A program made the position numbers and the translations under genes. Shown here piece after piece: positions 16,099 through 26,534 of a DNA stretch of 64,000 nucleotides. The notes beneath the pieces were generated by a model. That model was not told the origin of the DNA. It ran no database searches and was given only the letters and a program-made list of their open reading frames with translations. The stretch is from an uncultured archaeon. Lineage in GTDB: Archaea > Aenigmatarchaeota > Aenigmatarchaeia > GW2011-AR5 > JAHLMP01. The stretch spans positions 33,473 to 97,472 of the forward strand of contig CAYRXY010000001.1 of NCBI GenBank assembly GCA_964428495.1. The letters run 5' to 3'. How positions within the stretch are numbered: position 1 is the stretch's first letter; the number at the start of each line of letters is the position of its first letter.

Positions 16099-17013
16099 TT
16101 ATTTTTCTTTGAAATATTTTACTGTTTTCATTATTCCAGTTCTTAGATTTGTTTCTGGTTGCCATTTAAGATATTTTTTTGCTCGTTCAACTTTCATAAC
16201 GAATCTTCTTACTTCTTTTCTCGGAGGTTTATAGAGTGGTTGTAAGTCTGAATTAGTAATCTCTCTTACTGTATCTAACAACTCATTTACACTCGTTTCA
16301 ATACCAGTTCCTATGTTAAATATTTTATGTTCTGTGCTTCTTCTCATTGCAAGAAGGTTTGCTCTTACAACATCACCGACATATACATAGTCCCTTGTAC
16401 TTTTACCATCTCCATATATTACAGGTCGCTCACCTTTTAGGATTTTATCAATAAATATTGATATTACACCAGCTTCACCACCCGGATTTTGTCTTTCACC
16501 ATAAACATTTGCATATCTAAGAACAGTGTAGTCAATACCAAAATTCCTCCAGTAATGATAAAGATATTTCTCTATTGTAAGCTTCCCTATTCCGTATGGA
16601 GATGTTGGTATCAGTGGATGCTCTTCATCGACTGGGAGATATTTCGGTTCACCGAAGACCGCAGCGCTAGAGGAGAAAACCATTTTTTGAACACCAATTT
16701 TTCTAGAACATTCAAGCACATTTAGAGATCCAAGAATGTTTACTTCTGCATCATATATAGGATTTTCTATTGATTTTACGAGATTTATTTGTGCTGCAAG
16801 ATGAAAAACAATCTCTGGTTTCTCTTTCTTAAAAATCTCTACCAATTTTTTATCTCTTATATCGGTTTCATAAAACCTTGCAGAAGGATTTATATTTTCT
16901 TTATACCCGTTGCTAAGATTGTCTATAATGACTACGTCTTCACCACTCTTTATTAATTCATCTACCAGGTGTGAACCTATGAATCCAGCCCCGCCTGTTA
17001 CAAGTACTTTCAT
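16099..17013 (-). CDS. NAD-dependent nucleotide-sugar epimerase/dehydratase (UDP-glucose 4-epimerase-like)
   Basis: 304 aa. Rossmann motif MKVLVTGGAGFIGSHL and catalytic YxxxK (SPYGIGKL). Confidence 0.8.
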   Translation of the reverse strand: MKVLVTGGAGFIGSHLVDELIKSGEDVVIIDNLSNGYKENINPSARFYETDIRDKKLVEIFKKEKPEIVFHLAAQINLVKSIENPIYDAEVNILGSLNVLECSRKIGVQKMVFSSSAAVFGEPKYLPVDEEHPLIPTSPYGIGKLTIEKYLYHYWRNFGIDYTVLRYANVYGERQNPGGEAGVISIFIDKILKGERPVIYGDGKSTRDYVYVGDVVRANLLAMRRSTEHKIFNIGTGIETSVNELLDTVREITNSDLQPLYKPPRKEVRRFVMKVERAKKYLKWQPETNLRTGIMKTVKYFKEK

Positions 17014-17114
17014 AAACTTAGAGATTATGAGAAAAGTTTTTATTTTGATTGATAATTGTATTATCTGAAAAACTTTTTAAAGACCTTTTTAGAAACTTTA
17101 AATAAGGTGTTGAC

Positions 17115-17756
17115 ATGACATTACCATTAACAAATGTATTAGAGGGTTTTTGGGAGAGCTCAGTGAACTACATACCTAACGTAATATCAGCGATAATCTT
17201 ACTAGTAATCGGTCTTATAGTAGGTCGAGTAGTAGGTCGAGTAGTAAAGGAAATTTTAGTAAGGATAAAAATGGACAAATATCTCTTTGCAGGTAAAAAA
17301 CCACCAATAAGTGTAACGAACATTCTTACAGTAATCGTAAGATGGTGGATATATCTCGCATTTATTACAGCAGCAGTTTCTGAGGAGATACTCGGTGTGA
17401 GGACTCTGTCAGAATGGATGAACCAAATCAACAATTTCATTCCAAAAGTAGTCGGTGCAGCTTTGATAATAATAGTCGGTTACATACTCGGTGAATACAT
17501 AAAAGAACAGATAAATAAGACAAGGACTATCTATGCAAACTTAGTCGGAAAAGTAACATTCTTCTTGATAATATATGTAGCAGTGGCAATAGCGCTACCA
17601 ATTTTAGGAATACCAGCAGGTTTAGTAAATAACATTTTACTAGTAATAATAGGTTCAATAGGCTTGGGTATAGCAATTGCCCTTGGATTGGGTCTCAAGG
17701 ATGTAATTACAGACGTTGCGAAGCAATATCTAAAAACTAAAAAGTTTCGGAAGTAA
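17115..17756 (+). CDS. Membrane protein (possible mechanosensitive-channel-type TM-helix repeat protein)
   Basis: 213 aa, 4-5 TM, SD AAGGTG upstream. Contains a trivial 12-bp tandem duplication (17221-17244, GRVVGRVV). Family assignment is weak. Confidence 0.4.
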   Translation: MTLPLTNVLEGFWESSVNYIPNVISAIILLVIGLIVGRVVGRVVKEILVRIKMDKYLFAGKKPPISVTNILTVIVRWWIYLAFITAAVSEEILGVRTLSEWMNQINNFIPKVVGAALIIIVGYILGEYIKEQINKTRTIYANLVGKVTFFLIIYVAVAIALPILGIPAGLVNNILLVIIGSIGLGIAIALGLGLKDVITDVAKQYLKTKKFRK

Positions 17757-17804
17757 AATTTAGTTCCTTTTATTCTTTTTATTTTTTTAATAAAATGAAA
17801 TTTT

Positions 17805-18338
17805 ATGAGGTTATTTGTTGCTATAAATATCCCTGATAATATTCGAAATGAAATAAAAAATATCCAAAAAAGTTTAGATTTTCCCGAGTTGAAAATTGTT
17901 GAGCCGAAAAATCTTCACATAACTATAAAATTTCTTGGAGAGGTAGGTGAATCTCTCAAGGATAAAATTATAGAAGTTTTACGGGGTATTAAATTTCAAA
18001 AATTCGAGATTGGTTTATCAAACATAGGTGTTTTCCCAAATGAAAAATATATTAAGGTTATATGGATTGGGTGTCAGTCCTCAGAGTTAGTTGAGTTTAC
18101 AAAAAGGGTTGACATGTCTCTTTCTAAGCTCGGCTTTGAATTAGAGAAAGATTATGTCCCTCACTTAACATTAGCTAGAGTGAAGAAGAAACCTCCATCT
18201 ATTCTCCATTCTTTTCTGGAAAAGTACAAAACAGTTGAAATAGATAATTTTTTAGTCGAAAAAATTGTTTTAAAGAAAAGTACACTAACACCAAAAGGTC
18301 CAATTTACGAAGATATTCACGAAATTTTATTAAAATAA
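17805..18338 (+). CDS. thpR: RNA 2',3'-cyclic phosphodiesterase (2H family, ThpR/LigT-like)
   Basis: 177 aa with the two HxTx motifs of 2H phosphoesterases (HITIKF and HLTLAR). Confidence 0.8.
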   Translation: MRLFVAINIPDNIRNEIKNIQKSLDFPELKIVEPKNLHITIKFLGEVGESLKDKIIEVLRGIKFQKFEIGLSNIGVFPNEKYIKVIWIGCQSSELVEFTKRVDMSLSKLGFELEKDYVPHLTLARVKKKPPSILHSFLEKYKTVEIDNFLVEKIVLKKSTLTPKGPIYEDIHEILLK

Positions 18339-18469
18339 ATTACCACTGTAATACAACACAAAAATATAGATTATTAAAAATATTTTCTTTCATAAATTCG
18401 GAAGTATGGAAATCTATTTTAAAGATCGGCGACAATGATTTAATTGCTCAATATTCTTGAGGCGAGAAA

Positions 18470-20599
18470 ATGAAGATCAAAAAAATACGAAAACGCGATG
18501 GTCGTATAGTTGATTTCTATCCTAACAAAATTACACGAGCGATTTGGAAGGCTGCTCAGGCTGTTGGTGGTAAAGATTATGAGAGGGCTAAGGAATTATC
18601 TAGACAGGTTGTAGAAATTCTCGAAAAGATTCAAGAAGAGAATCCCGAAAAAATAATCACGGTTGAAGAAATTCAGGATGTTGTTGAAAAGATTCTCGTA
18701 GAGAATGGACATTACAGAACAGCAAAAGCATACATTCTTTATAGAAAGCAGCACGAAGAGATAAGGCGAGTTAAAGATCTCTTCTCGAATGTTGAGATAG
18801 TTGATAATTACCTTAATCAAGCCGATTGGAGAGTTAGAGAAAATTCGAACATGACATATTCTCTCCAGGGGCTCAATTTTCATATTTCTTCAATCATAAC
18901 ATCTCAATATTGGCTAAACAAAATCTATCCGTATGAGATTCGGGAGGCACATGTAAACGGAGATTTTCATATTCACGATCTCGGAATTCTTGGTGCTTAT
19001 TGTGTTGGTTGGGATTTGAAAGATTTGTTGCTGGTGGGTTTCAAAGGTGTTCGTGGAAAGATAGCGTGTAAACCAGCTAAGCACCTTCGTTCTGCTTTAG
19101 GCCAGGTAATTAATTTCTTCTTTACATTACAAGGAGAGGCAGCCGGAGCTCAAGCATTATCAAATTTTGATACTTACCTTGCACCGTTCATCCGATATGA
19201 TGGGCTGAATTATAAACAAGTAAAACAGGCATTACAAGAGTTTGTGTTTAACATGAATGTCCCTACTAGGGTTGGTTTTCAAACACCATTTACCAATATA
19301 ACGCTTGATTTGGAAGTTCCTGGGTTTATGAAGGATGAGCCTGTGATTATTGGAGGAAAACTTCAAAATGAAACTTATGGTGATTTTCAAGAAGAAATGG
19401 ATATATTCAATAGAGCATTAGCAGAAGTGATGAGTGAAGGTGATGCTCTTGGACGTGTATTCACATTTCCAATTCCAACATACAACATTGCCAAAGATTT
19501 TGAGTGGGATAATGGTAGATATGATCCTATTTGGAAAATGACAGCAAAATACGGTATTCCTTACTTTGCAAATTTTGTTAACAGCGATATGAAACCAGAG
19601 GATGTTCGAAGTATGTGTTGTCATCTCCGCTTGGACAAACGTGAATTGAAAAAACGTGGTGGTGGTTTATTCGGTGCAAATCCTCTTACAGGTAGCATAG
19701 GCGTTGTTACAATTAATATGCCTAGGATTGGTTATCTTTCTCACGACGAAGGAGAATTCTTTGATCGGTTGGATAAATTAATGGTGCTTGCAAAAAACAG
19801 CCTTGAAATAAAACGAAAAGTTCTCGAAAGGCTTACAGAAAACGGGCTTTACCCGTATGCTAAATTTTATTTGAGAAATATAAAGAAGGCATTTGGTGAG
19901 TATTGGAAAAATCACTTTTCCACAATTGGTCTTGTCGGTATGAATGAAGCATGTTTGAATTTGCTTGATTGTACTATAGGAGATCCGGAAGAAGTAAAGT
20001 TTGCTGAAAAAGTTCTAGATTTCATGCGTGATCGTTTGGAGGACTTCCAGCAAGAAACAGGAAATATTTATAACCTTGAAGCTACGCCAGCAGAAGGAAC
20101 AAGCTACAGATTAGCGAGAATAGATAAAAAGATCTATCCATCGATTATAGTTGCTAATGAAGATACTGTAAGAAAAGGGGCAGAGCCTTACTATACAAAC
20201 TCGACACAACTACCTGTTTACTTTACAGATGATTTATTCGAAGCGCTACGGTTACAAGACCCATTGCAGATTAAGTATACAGGAGGTACCGTTTTCCATA
20301 TCTTTATTGGTGAAAGTATGCCTTCGCCAGAAGCAGTAAAGAGTTTGATAAAGAAGATATGTTATAACTTTAAGTTGCCTTACTTTACATTAACACCGAC
20401 GTTTAGTATTTGTCCTATTCATGGTTATATGTTCGGCAAGCATGAATTTTGCCCTATGTGTAAGGAGGAGGGGAAGGAAACCAAATGTGAAGTTTACTCT
20501 CGAATCGTAGGTTACTTGCGTCCTGTTGATCAATGGAATGATGGTAAACAAGAAGAGTTTAAGCAAAGAAAACTTTATGACAAAGCATTAGTGGGATAA
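18470..20599 (+). CDS. nrdD: Anaerobic ribonucleoside-triphosphate reductase (class III)
   Basis: 709 aa. N-terminal ATP-cone (IRKRDGRIVDF), C-terminal zinc site CPIHG...CPMC, glycyl-radical motif SRIVGYLRPV. Confidence 0.9.
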   Translation: MKIKKIRKRDGRIVDFYPNKITRAIWKAAQAVGGKDYERAKELSRQVVEILEKIQEENPEKIITVEEIQDVVEKILVENGHYRTAKAYILYRKQHEEIRRVKDLFSNVEIVDNYLNQADWRVRENSNMTYSLQGLNFHISSIITSQYWLNKIYPYEIREAHVNGDFHIHDLGILGAYCVGWDLKDLLLVGFKGVRGKIACKPAKHLRSALGQVINFFFTLQGEAAGAQALSNFDTYLAPFIRYDGLNYKQVKQALQEFVFNMNVPTRVGFQTPFTNITLDLEVPGFMKDEPVIIGGKLQNETYGDFQEEMDIFNRALAEVMSEGDALGRVFTFPIPTYNIAKDFEWDNGRYDPIWKMTAKYGIPYFANFVNSDMKPEDVRSMCCHLRLDKRELKKRGGGLFGANPLTGSIGVVTINMPRIGYLSHDEGEFFDRLDKLMVLAKNSLEIKRKVLERLTENGLYPYAKFYLRNIKKAFGEYWKNHFSTIGLVGMNEACLNLLDCTIGDPEEVKFAEKVLDFMRDRLEDFQQETGNIYNLEATPAEGTSYRLARIDKKIYPSIIVANEDTVRKGAEPYYTNSTQLPVYFTDDLFEALRLQDPLQIKYTGGTVFHIFIGESMPSPEAVKSLIKKICYNFKLPYFTLTPTFSICPIHGYMFGKHEFCPMCKEEGKETKCEVYSRIVGYLRPVDQWNDGKQEEFKQRKLYDKALVG

Positions 20600-20665
20600 A
20601 TCAATAAAAATACACCTCGAACTCTTACTAATAAAATTTCTCGATAATGGTTAATTGGTGATTAT

Positions 20666-21373
20666 ATGAAAATTGGAGGTTTTCAAAAATATAGTTTAAT
20701 TGATTATCCTGGTAAAGTTTGTGCAATAGTCTTTACAATAGGTTGTAACTTTCGTTGTCCGTTTTGTCATAACGGTGAACTCGTTATTGGTAATCCAGAA
20801 GAAATACCATCAAAAATTATTTTTGAATATCTTGAGAAAAACAAGAATCTTTTAGATGCAGTGGAGATTACTGGTGGTGAACCAACCCTACAAGCAGATT
20901 TGAAAGATTTTGTTAAGAAAATTAAGAATCTCGGTTTGTTGGTTAAAATCGATACAAATGGAACACAAAGTAATGTTATCAAAGGGCTTATTGATGATGG
21001 GTTAGTTGAATATATCGCGATGGATATAAAGGCTCCGTTAGAATTTGAAAAATATAAAAAAGTCGTTGGTGGCGTACTTAATGAGAGAATGTTTGAAAAT
21101 GTAAAAAAGACTATTGAAATTATTATGGGTAGCGGAATCGATTATGAGTTCAGGACCACTGTTGTACCTATGTTGCATAGCGATGAAGATATAGTAGCAA
21201 TCGCTCGTGGAATTAAAGGGGCAAAACTCTATGTTTTGCAACAGTTTATTCCGAGAAATACACTTGATTCATCTTTTCTAAAGTTACTATCAACACCAAA
21301 GGAAAAACTTGAAGAGCTAAAGAAAAAATGTGAAGAGTTTGTTAAGAAGGTTGATGTTAGATACGAGGAGTAA
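20666..21373 (+). CDS. nrdG: Anaerobic ribonucleotide reductase activating protein (radical SAM)
   Basis: 235 aa. Radical-SAM CxxxCxxC in GCNFRCPFCHN. Directly downstream of nrdD, SD GGTGAT. Confidence 0.85.
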   Translation: MKIGGFQKYSLIDYPGKVCAIVFTIGCNFRCPFCHNGELVIGNPEEIPSKIIFEYLEKNKNLLDAVEITGGEPTLQADLKDFVKKIKNLGLLVKIDTNGTQSNVIKGLIDDGLVEYIAMDIKAPLEFEKYKKVVGGVLNERMFENVKKTIEIIMGSGIDYEFRTTVVPMLHSDEDIVAIARGIKGAKLYVLQQFIPRNTLDSSFLKLLSTPKEKLEELKKKCEEFVKKVDVRYEE

Positions 21374-21375
21374 AG

Positions 21376-22566
21376 TCATAACACACCCGCAAAAAATAAA
21401 ATGGTTGGTAATATCAACACTCCCATTAAGTGCATCCTTCTTACATTAGAAAGTATCGTAAACAATCCTAAGGATGTTGATGTTATTAAAAGTAGAATGC
21501 CGTAAATCCCTGTAAGCCATAATGTAACTACAGATATTAAGATAATGACAGATATGTTTAGTTTCTTATAATCTATATTTGATATGTAATTGAGAACTTT
21601 CTTTGAAATCTTAAGCGTCAGAAAAGCCGATATTAATCCGCTCAGTAAAGATACCATAATCATTAAAACAAATTCATCAAATCCTATTTGCATAATTTTG
21701 CTAACTGCAACTGCAAGTCCACTTCTCGGTCTACCGATTAACCATATAGATAGGAAAGAAAACAATATATTTGCGGTTGTTGTGGCACCAATTGAAATTA
21801 AGAATCCTTCATCATTTCTCTCTCCAATACTAGCAATAGCAGTTGCCTGTGCTGCTCCAACCCCAGGTAATATTCCGGTTATGAATCCTGCTACCGTTCC
21901 TAGAAATAAATTTTTGTTAATTGTTTTCTTTGAAATTTTCATTTCTTTTGTAGATTGAAATGGTATCTTTGGTTCATTTTTCAAGGATATTATCAACATA
22001 GGTAATCCAAAAAGGCCTGTTAAAATTGGAAACAGAAGTAAGCTTCTATTTATTGGTATAGATAATGAAACGATTCCAAGAATTCCTGAAAGGATGAAAC
22101 AAAATGTAGCAGTAAATATTTTTCTCTCTTTTATTATTAGTGCAAATACAACAATCAGTAAAATTATATGAATATACCTTCTTAGGAATTGATACGACGG
22201 TTGTAGAATTGGTGATATGAAAAATAGCAATAAAATTGAGAGGAAAATTGATACTATGCTACCTAATACGGTCAGTTTTATTGCATAGTAACCAAGGCCT
22301 TTTAGTAGCATCCGATGACCCGGTAAGGCAGCTAATGAATCTTCTGGATCTGGAGCTCCGAGAATTATCGTTGGTATAAATGAGGCTATAGAATTTGTGA
22401 TACCCATAGATACAAGAAATACTAGTGCATATATCGGTTCAGAAAACAATCTGATGAAGATTGTTGAAACTAGTAATGCAAATAGATTTGGATGTATTCC
22501 TGGAACTAGACCAGCGATCAAACCTATTAGGATCCCTAAAATAAAAAACAAGAAAATATATAACAT
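21376..22566 (-). CDS. TctA-family (DUF112) polytopic membrane transporter subunit
   Basis: 396 aa, about 10 TM. LVPGIHPN and LPGVGAAQA motifs resemble the TctA/DUF112 family. Family-level call from memory. Confidence 0.55.
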   Translation of the reverse strand: MLYIFLFFILGILIGLIAGLVPGIHPNLFALLVSTIFIRLFSEPIYALVFLVSMGITNSIASFIPTIILGAPDPEDSLAALPGHRMLLKGLGYYAIKLTVLGSIVSIFLSILLLFFISPILQPSYQFLRRYIHIILLIVVFALIIKERKIFTATFCFILSGILGIVSLSIPINRSLLLFPILTGLFGLPMLIISLKNEPKIPFQSTKEMKISKKTINKNLFLGTVAGFITGILPGVGAAQATAIASIGERNDEGFLISIGATTTANILFSFLSIWLIGRPRSGLAVAVSKIMQIGFDEFVLMIMVSLLSGLISAFLTLKISKKVLNYISNIDYKKLNISVIILISVVTLWLTGIYGILLLITSTSLGLFTILSNVRRMHLMGVLILPTILFFAGVL

Positions 22567-22570
22567 AAAA

Positions 22571-22927
22571 TTACTTTTCGCTCTCTTTTTTTAACTCTAT
22601 TATTGCTTTTGCTAAATCGTTGTTCAGTTGCTTTAATTTTTCAAGAACGGTTTCTCTATCCTTTCCTGTTTTTTCCATTACGAGTTTTATATCTTCTTCA
22701 CTAGGCGCTAAGGGTTCTTTCTTTTCTTCTCCAGCAACTTGATACACATTTTTTCCCATCACATTCATTACAGCAACTTCAGGGTTTGTTATTTTAATTT
22801 GGTGTGTCCCGAATTTAAGAATGACTTCCTCCACCGGAAGCTCTTTTACCTGCATACCAAGTCTCTTTAACATTTTTTCCATATTTTTTGGATTCATACC
22901 GAACACTTTATTAAAATTTATATCCAA
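22571..22927 (-). CDS. nac: Nascent polypeptide-associated complex protein (archaeal NAC)
   Basis: 118 aa. FGMNPKNMEKMLKRLGMQVKEL NAC-domain start and a C-terminal UBA-like segment (SEEDIKLVMEKTGKDRETVLEKL). The start could be Met11 (22897). Confidence 0.8.
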   Translation of the reverse strand: MDINFNKVFGMNPKNMEKMLKRLGMQVKELPVEEVILKFGTHQIKITNPEVAVMNVMGKNVYQVAGEEKKEPLAPSEEDIKLVMEKTGKDRETVLEKLKQLNNDLAKAIIELKKESEK

Positions 22928-23393
22928 TCTTCTTTAAAAAATCTCTTCTCTGTTTTTTGTTTTCTTCGGTTTCAAAACCAATTGGGCTTTGTCCATCTAC
23001 AATTGATACTATTCCACGACCTTGTTCTGTTTCGGCTACTATGACTTGCAATGGATTTCCTGTTGCACAATAAATGTTACATACCTCCTGAACGTTTTTG
23101 ATCTGATTGAGAACATTTATTGGAAATGTATTTTTTAGCACAATGATAAATGAATGACCGGCACCGATTTCCATAGCTTTTTGTTTTACGAATTCTACCA
23201 GTTCCTCGTCATTGCCTTGATATCTCACTAGTCTTGGACCAGATGCTTCACAAAAAGCAATTCCAAATTTTGCATTAGGGTGTGTGGTTACTATGGTCTC
23301 TGTTAGGTCATCGATGGTTTTTATGAAATGCGCTTGACCAATTATAATTTGCCAACCCTCTTTTGGTTTTATATCTATAGTTTTGAAATTCAT
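22911..23393 (-). CDS. Adenosine-specific-kinase-like (PF04008-type) protein
   Basis: Motifs IGQAHFIKTIDDL, AFCEASGPRLVR, GAGHSFIIVLKN and CATGNPLQVIV, as I recall for this small archaeal family. Start trimmed to MNFKT (track start 23435). Confidence 0.6.
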   Translation of the reverse strand: MNFKTIDIKPKEGWQIIIGQAHFIKTIDDLTETIVTTHPNAKFGIAFCEASGPRLVRYQGNDEELVEFVKQKAMEIGAGHSFIIVLKNTFPINVLNQIKNVQEVCNIYCATGNPLQVIVAETEQGRGIVSIVDGQSPIGFETEENKKQRRDFLKKIGYKF

Positions 23394-23491
23394 ATTAAAT
23401 ATGGAGTAAATAGAAAGATAAAAAGCTTGAGACAAAAATTAAATCTTTTTAAACTTTTACTTCCATAAAAGAAAAAGTATCGGTGATAAGT

Positions 23492-23800
23492 ATGAACTTG
23501 ATTTATGCTGCATTGTTGCTACACTCTGCGGGAAAGGAGATAAATGAGGAGAACTTGAAGAAGGTAGTTGATGCAACCGGCGAAAAAGTTGACGATACTC
23601 AGATAAAGGCATTAGTTGCAGCACTGGAAGGCGTTAACATTGATGAGGCAATAAGTAAGGCAGCAATGCCTGTTGCGGTAGCACCAGCAGCAGGTGGAGA
23701 GGAGAAAGCAACAGAAGAGAAAAAAGATGAAAAGAAGGAAGAGAATGTTGAAAAGAAGGCAGAAGAAGCAGCGGCTGGGCTGGGCGCTCTGTTTGGTTAA
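23492..23800 (+). CDS. rpp1: 50S ribosomal stalk protein P1 (L12e)
   Basis: [26 protein letters not shown]..., an Ala/Glu/Lys-rich linker, and the conserved C-terminal GLGALFG. The ATG follows GGTGAT; the track start 23483 is the GTG inside the SD. Confidence 0.9.
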   Translation: MNLIYAALLLHSAGKEINEENLKKVVDATGEKVDDTQIKALVAALEGVNIDEAISKAAMPVAVAPAAGGEEKATEEKKDEKKEENVEKKAEEAAAGLGALFG

Positions 23801-23884
23801 ATTCTGATAGTTTTTGATTTTGTTTTATTAGTGATCAATTATCTTGTTGAATCAAATTTATATTTTCCCATCTAACAAAAATTC

Positions 23885-26458
23885 ATGTCAATACCAACAG
23901 AATTGGAAAGAAAAATGAAGGAAGAGAAATTTTGGTCTGTCGAGTTGTTCAAGCAGGAGGGATTTGAGAGACAACGATGTCCTAAGTGTGGACATTATTT
24001 TTGGTCCATTGGAAAAAAAGATACCTGCGGTGAACCGCCTTGTGGTACATACTCGTTTATAGGTAATCCGCTTGGAAAAACTGTTGAAATAGATGAAATG
24101 GAAAGAAGATTTTTAAAATGGTTTGAAAAAAATGGTCATACAATTGTTAATAGATACCCTGTTGTAGCAAGATGGAAACCGGATACATTCTTTACAGGTG
24201 CATCTATTTACTGCTTTCAACCATTTATTGTTTCTGGCGAAGTTGTGCCGCCAGCAAATCCATTGGTTATAGCACAACCTTCTGTTCGATTTGTTGATAT
24301 CGAGAATGTGGGCCTCGGGACAGGTCGTCACCTAACATCATTTACAATGGGCGGTCATCATGCATTTAACAATAAGAAAGAAATTTATTGGAAGGATAGA
24401 ACAGTTGAGTTGTGTTACAATTTCTTTACGGATGAGGTGAAGATACCACCTGAGGAGATTGTTTTCAAAGAGTCTTGGTGGGAGGGCGGTGGTAACGCTG
24501 GTCCATGTTTTGAAATAATTGTTCGTGGAAACGAAGTCGCTACCCTTGTTTTTATGGAGTATCAGCTGAAAAATGGATTGAAGCGAATGAATACACGCGT
24601 CATTGATACAGGTTATGGTCTCGAACGGATTGTCTGGTTGTCAAAAGGAACAAAAACAATATATGATGCAGTATTTCCAGAATTTGTTGGTTTTTTGAAA
24701 AACCTTGTCGGTGATGAATCGAGAAAGTCATTGCATAATATCTATCAATTAGTTGATCACACAAAGACAATAATGTTTATTCTTGGTGATGGTGTTGTTC
24801 CGTCGAATGTTCAGGAAGGTTATTTGGCGAGGTTATTAATAAGAAGGTCGGAAAGGGCAATACGGAACCTTGGTCTAGATTTGACAACCTATGAACTTGT
24901 TGAACGTCAAATACAAATGCATAGGAAAAGATACCCAGAATTTTGGGATAATAGAGATTCTATTCTAAAACTTGTTAAAGTTGAGGAAGAAAAGTATCAG
25001 GAAACATTGAAGAGAGGACAAAATATTGTTAGGAAGATTGTTGCGGATTTGAAGAAAGAGGGGGAAAGCAAAATAGATCAGGAAACACTAATAACACTTT
25101 ACGATTCTCACGGGTTGTTGCCAAGTGATGTTCAACGATTCGCAGGTGAGTTTCCTGTAGAAAAGATAGATGACACGGAGGCAAAAATTGCTGTAAGAAA
25201 AGAGGCACCGATGAAAAAAGATGAAAAGAAGATTGATGTAGACGTAACAGGAGTACCTGAAACAGAGAAGATCTTTTATAAACCAATTTACGAGTGGAAG
25301 GCAAAGGTACTAAAGGTTAATGAGCAATGGATAATACTTGATAAAACTGCATTTTATCCTAGAGGAGGTGGTCAAGAACCAGATCATGGTATCGTTATTG
25401 GTCAAAGCGGGACATTTAATGTTATTGATGTTGAAAAGATGAATAATGTTGTTCTTCACCGTGTTGATAAGTCAGGACTAAGTGTTGGTGAAGAGGTTTT
25501 ATGTAAGATAGATATCGAAAGGCGAAAACAACTTACACAACATCATACTGCAACTCATCTCGTGAATGCTGCATGTAGACAAGTAGTTGGAAACTGGGTA
25601 TGGCAACACTCTGCATACAAGGACGTCGATAAAGCACGACTTGATATAACTCATTATACCAACCTAACAGATGAGGAGATCGAGAAGATCCAGAGCCAGG
25701 TGAAGAGGTGGATAAAGGATAATTTGAAGGTAGAGAAGAGCTTTCTGTTGAGAAATGAAGCAGAAAAGAAATATGGTTTTAGATTATACCAGGGAGGTGT
25801 TCCGATAGGTCGAGAGATAAGAGTTGTTTCGATAGACAACATAGATCATGAAGCATGTGGTGGAACGCACTGTGATTATACAGGTGAGATTGAAGAGTTT
25901 ATGATACTAGATACAGAAAGAGTACAGGACGGTGTTATTAGAATAAATTTTGTTGCAGGAGAGAGAGCAAAGCAGTTAATAAAAGAAAACGAAAGAATCA
26001 TTTCAGAGATAGAAAAGATATTGAATGTAGGTAAAGATGAGATTATTGATAAGGTCGAGAAATTGTTAGAAAAAGCTAAGAAAAAAGAGAAAGAAGTTAA
26101 AAAGAGAATTAGAGAAGATATCTTAAAAATGACGGACAATCTTTTAGGTAAGTTTGCGAATAGGGATGGTGTTGAATATCTAATAGAGGCCGTTGATGGA
26201 GATATGAATATTCTTAAAGAAATTTCTAAGGAATTAACAAAGGAAAATACGTTAATTATTCTTGTTGGAAAAACGGGTGATAAAATATTCCTTTTTGCTT
26301 CAAGAGGCCCTAAGGTTAATGTTAATGTCGGTTTATTAGTTAAAAAAGTATGTGATAAATTTGGTGGTAAAGGAGGTGGAAACGAGACAACAGGCCAGGG
26401 AATCTTGTCTAGTGTAAATATAAATGAATTGAGGGAATTTATATGGAAGATCAAATGA
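23885..26458 (+). CDS. alaS: Alanine--tRNA ligase
   Basis: 857 aa. Archaeal-type class II core, editing-domain metal motifs (TQHHTATHL, HEACGGTHC), C-terminal DHHA1-like domain ending in GGKGGGN. Confidence 0.9.
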   Translation: MSIPTELERKMKEEKFWSVELFKQEGFERQRCPKCGHYFWSIGKKDTCGEPPCGTYSFIGNPLGKTVEIDEMERRFLKWFEKNGHTIVNRYPVVARWKPDTFFTGASIYCFQPFIVSGEVVPPANPLVIAQPSVRFVDIENVGLGTGRHLTSFTMGGHHAFNNKKEIYWKDRTVELCYNFFTDEVKIPPEEIVFKESWWEGGGNAGPCFEIIVRGNEVATLVFMEYQLKNGLKRMNTRVIDTGYGLERIVWLSKGTKTIYDAVFPEFVGFLKNLVGDESRKSLHNIYQLVDHTKTIMFILGDGVVPSNVQEGYLARLLIRRSERAIRNLGLDLTTYELVERQIQMHRKRYPEFWDNRDSILKLVKVEEEKYQETLKRGQNIVRKIVADLKKEGESKIDQETLITLYDSHGLLPSDVQRFAGEFPVEKIDDTEAKIAVRKEAPMKKDEKKIDVDVTGVPETEKIFYKPIYEWKAKVLKVNEQWIILDKTAFYPRGGGQEPDHGIVIGQSGTFNVIDVEKMNNVVLHRVDKSGLSVGEEVLCKIDIERRKQLTQHHTATHLVNAACRQVVGNWVWQHSAYKDVDKARLDITHYTNLTDEEIEKIQSQVKRWIKDNLKVEKSFLLRNEAEKKYGFRLYQGGVPIGREIRVVSIDNIDHEACGGTHCDYTGEIEEFMILDTERVQDGVIRINFVAGERAKQLIKENERIISEIEKILNVGKDEIIDKVEKLLEKAKKKEKEVKKRIREDILKMTDNLLGKFANRDGVEYLIEAVDGDMNILKEISKELTKENTLIILVGKTGDKIFLFASRGPKVNVNVGLLVKKVCDKFGGKGGGNETTGQGILSSVNINELREFIWKIK

Positions 26459-26534
26459 TAATTAGAAAGCTTATGAAGATTTTGAATGTTGATAGAAATC
26501 AAATAGTAGAAAGAATAAAAAAATTAAAAGAAAT

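Noticed and set aside
17221-17244. 12-bp tandem duplication TAGGTCGAGTAG x2 (encodes GRVVGRVV) inside the membrane-protein gene
   Set aside because: A single in-frame micro-duplication in a loop next to a TM helix. It has no regulatory context and I consider it ordinary slippage.
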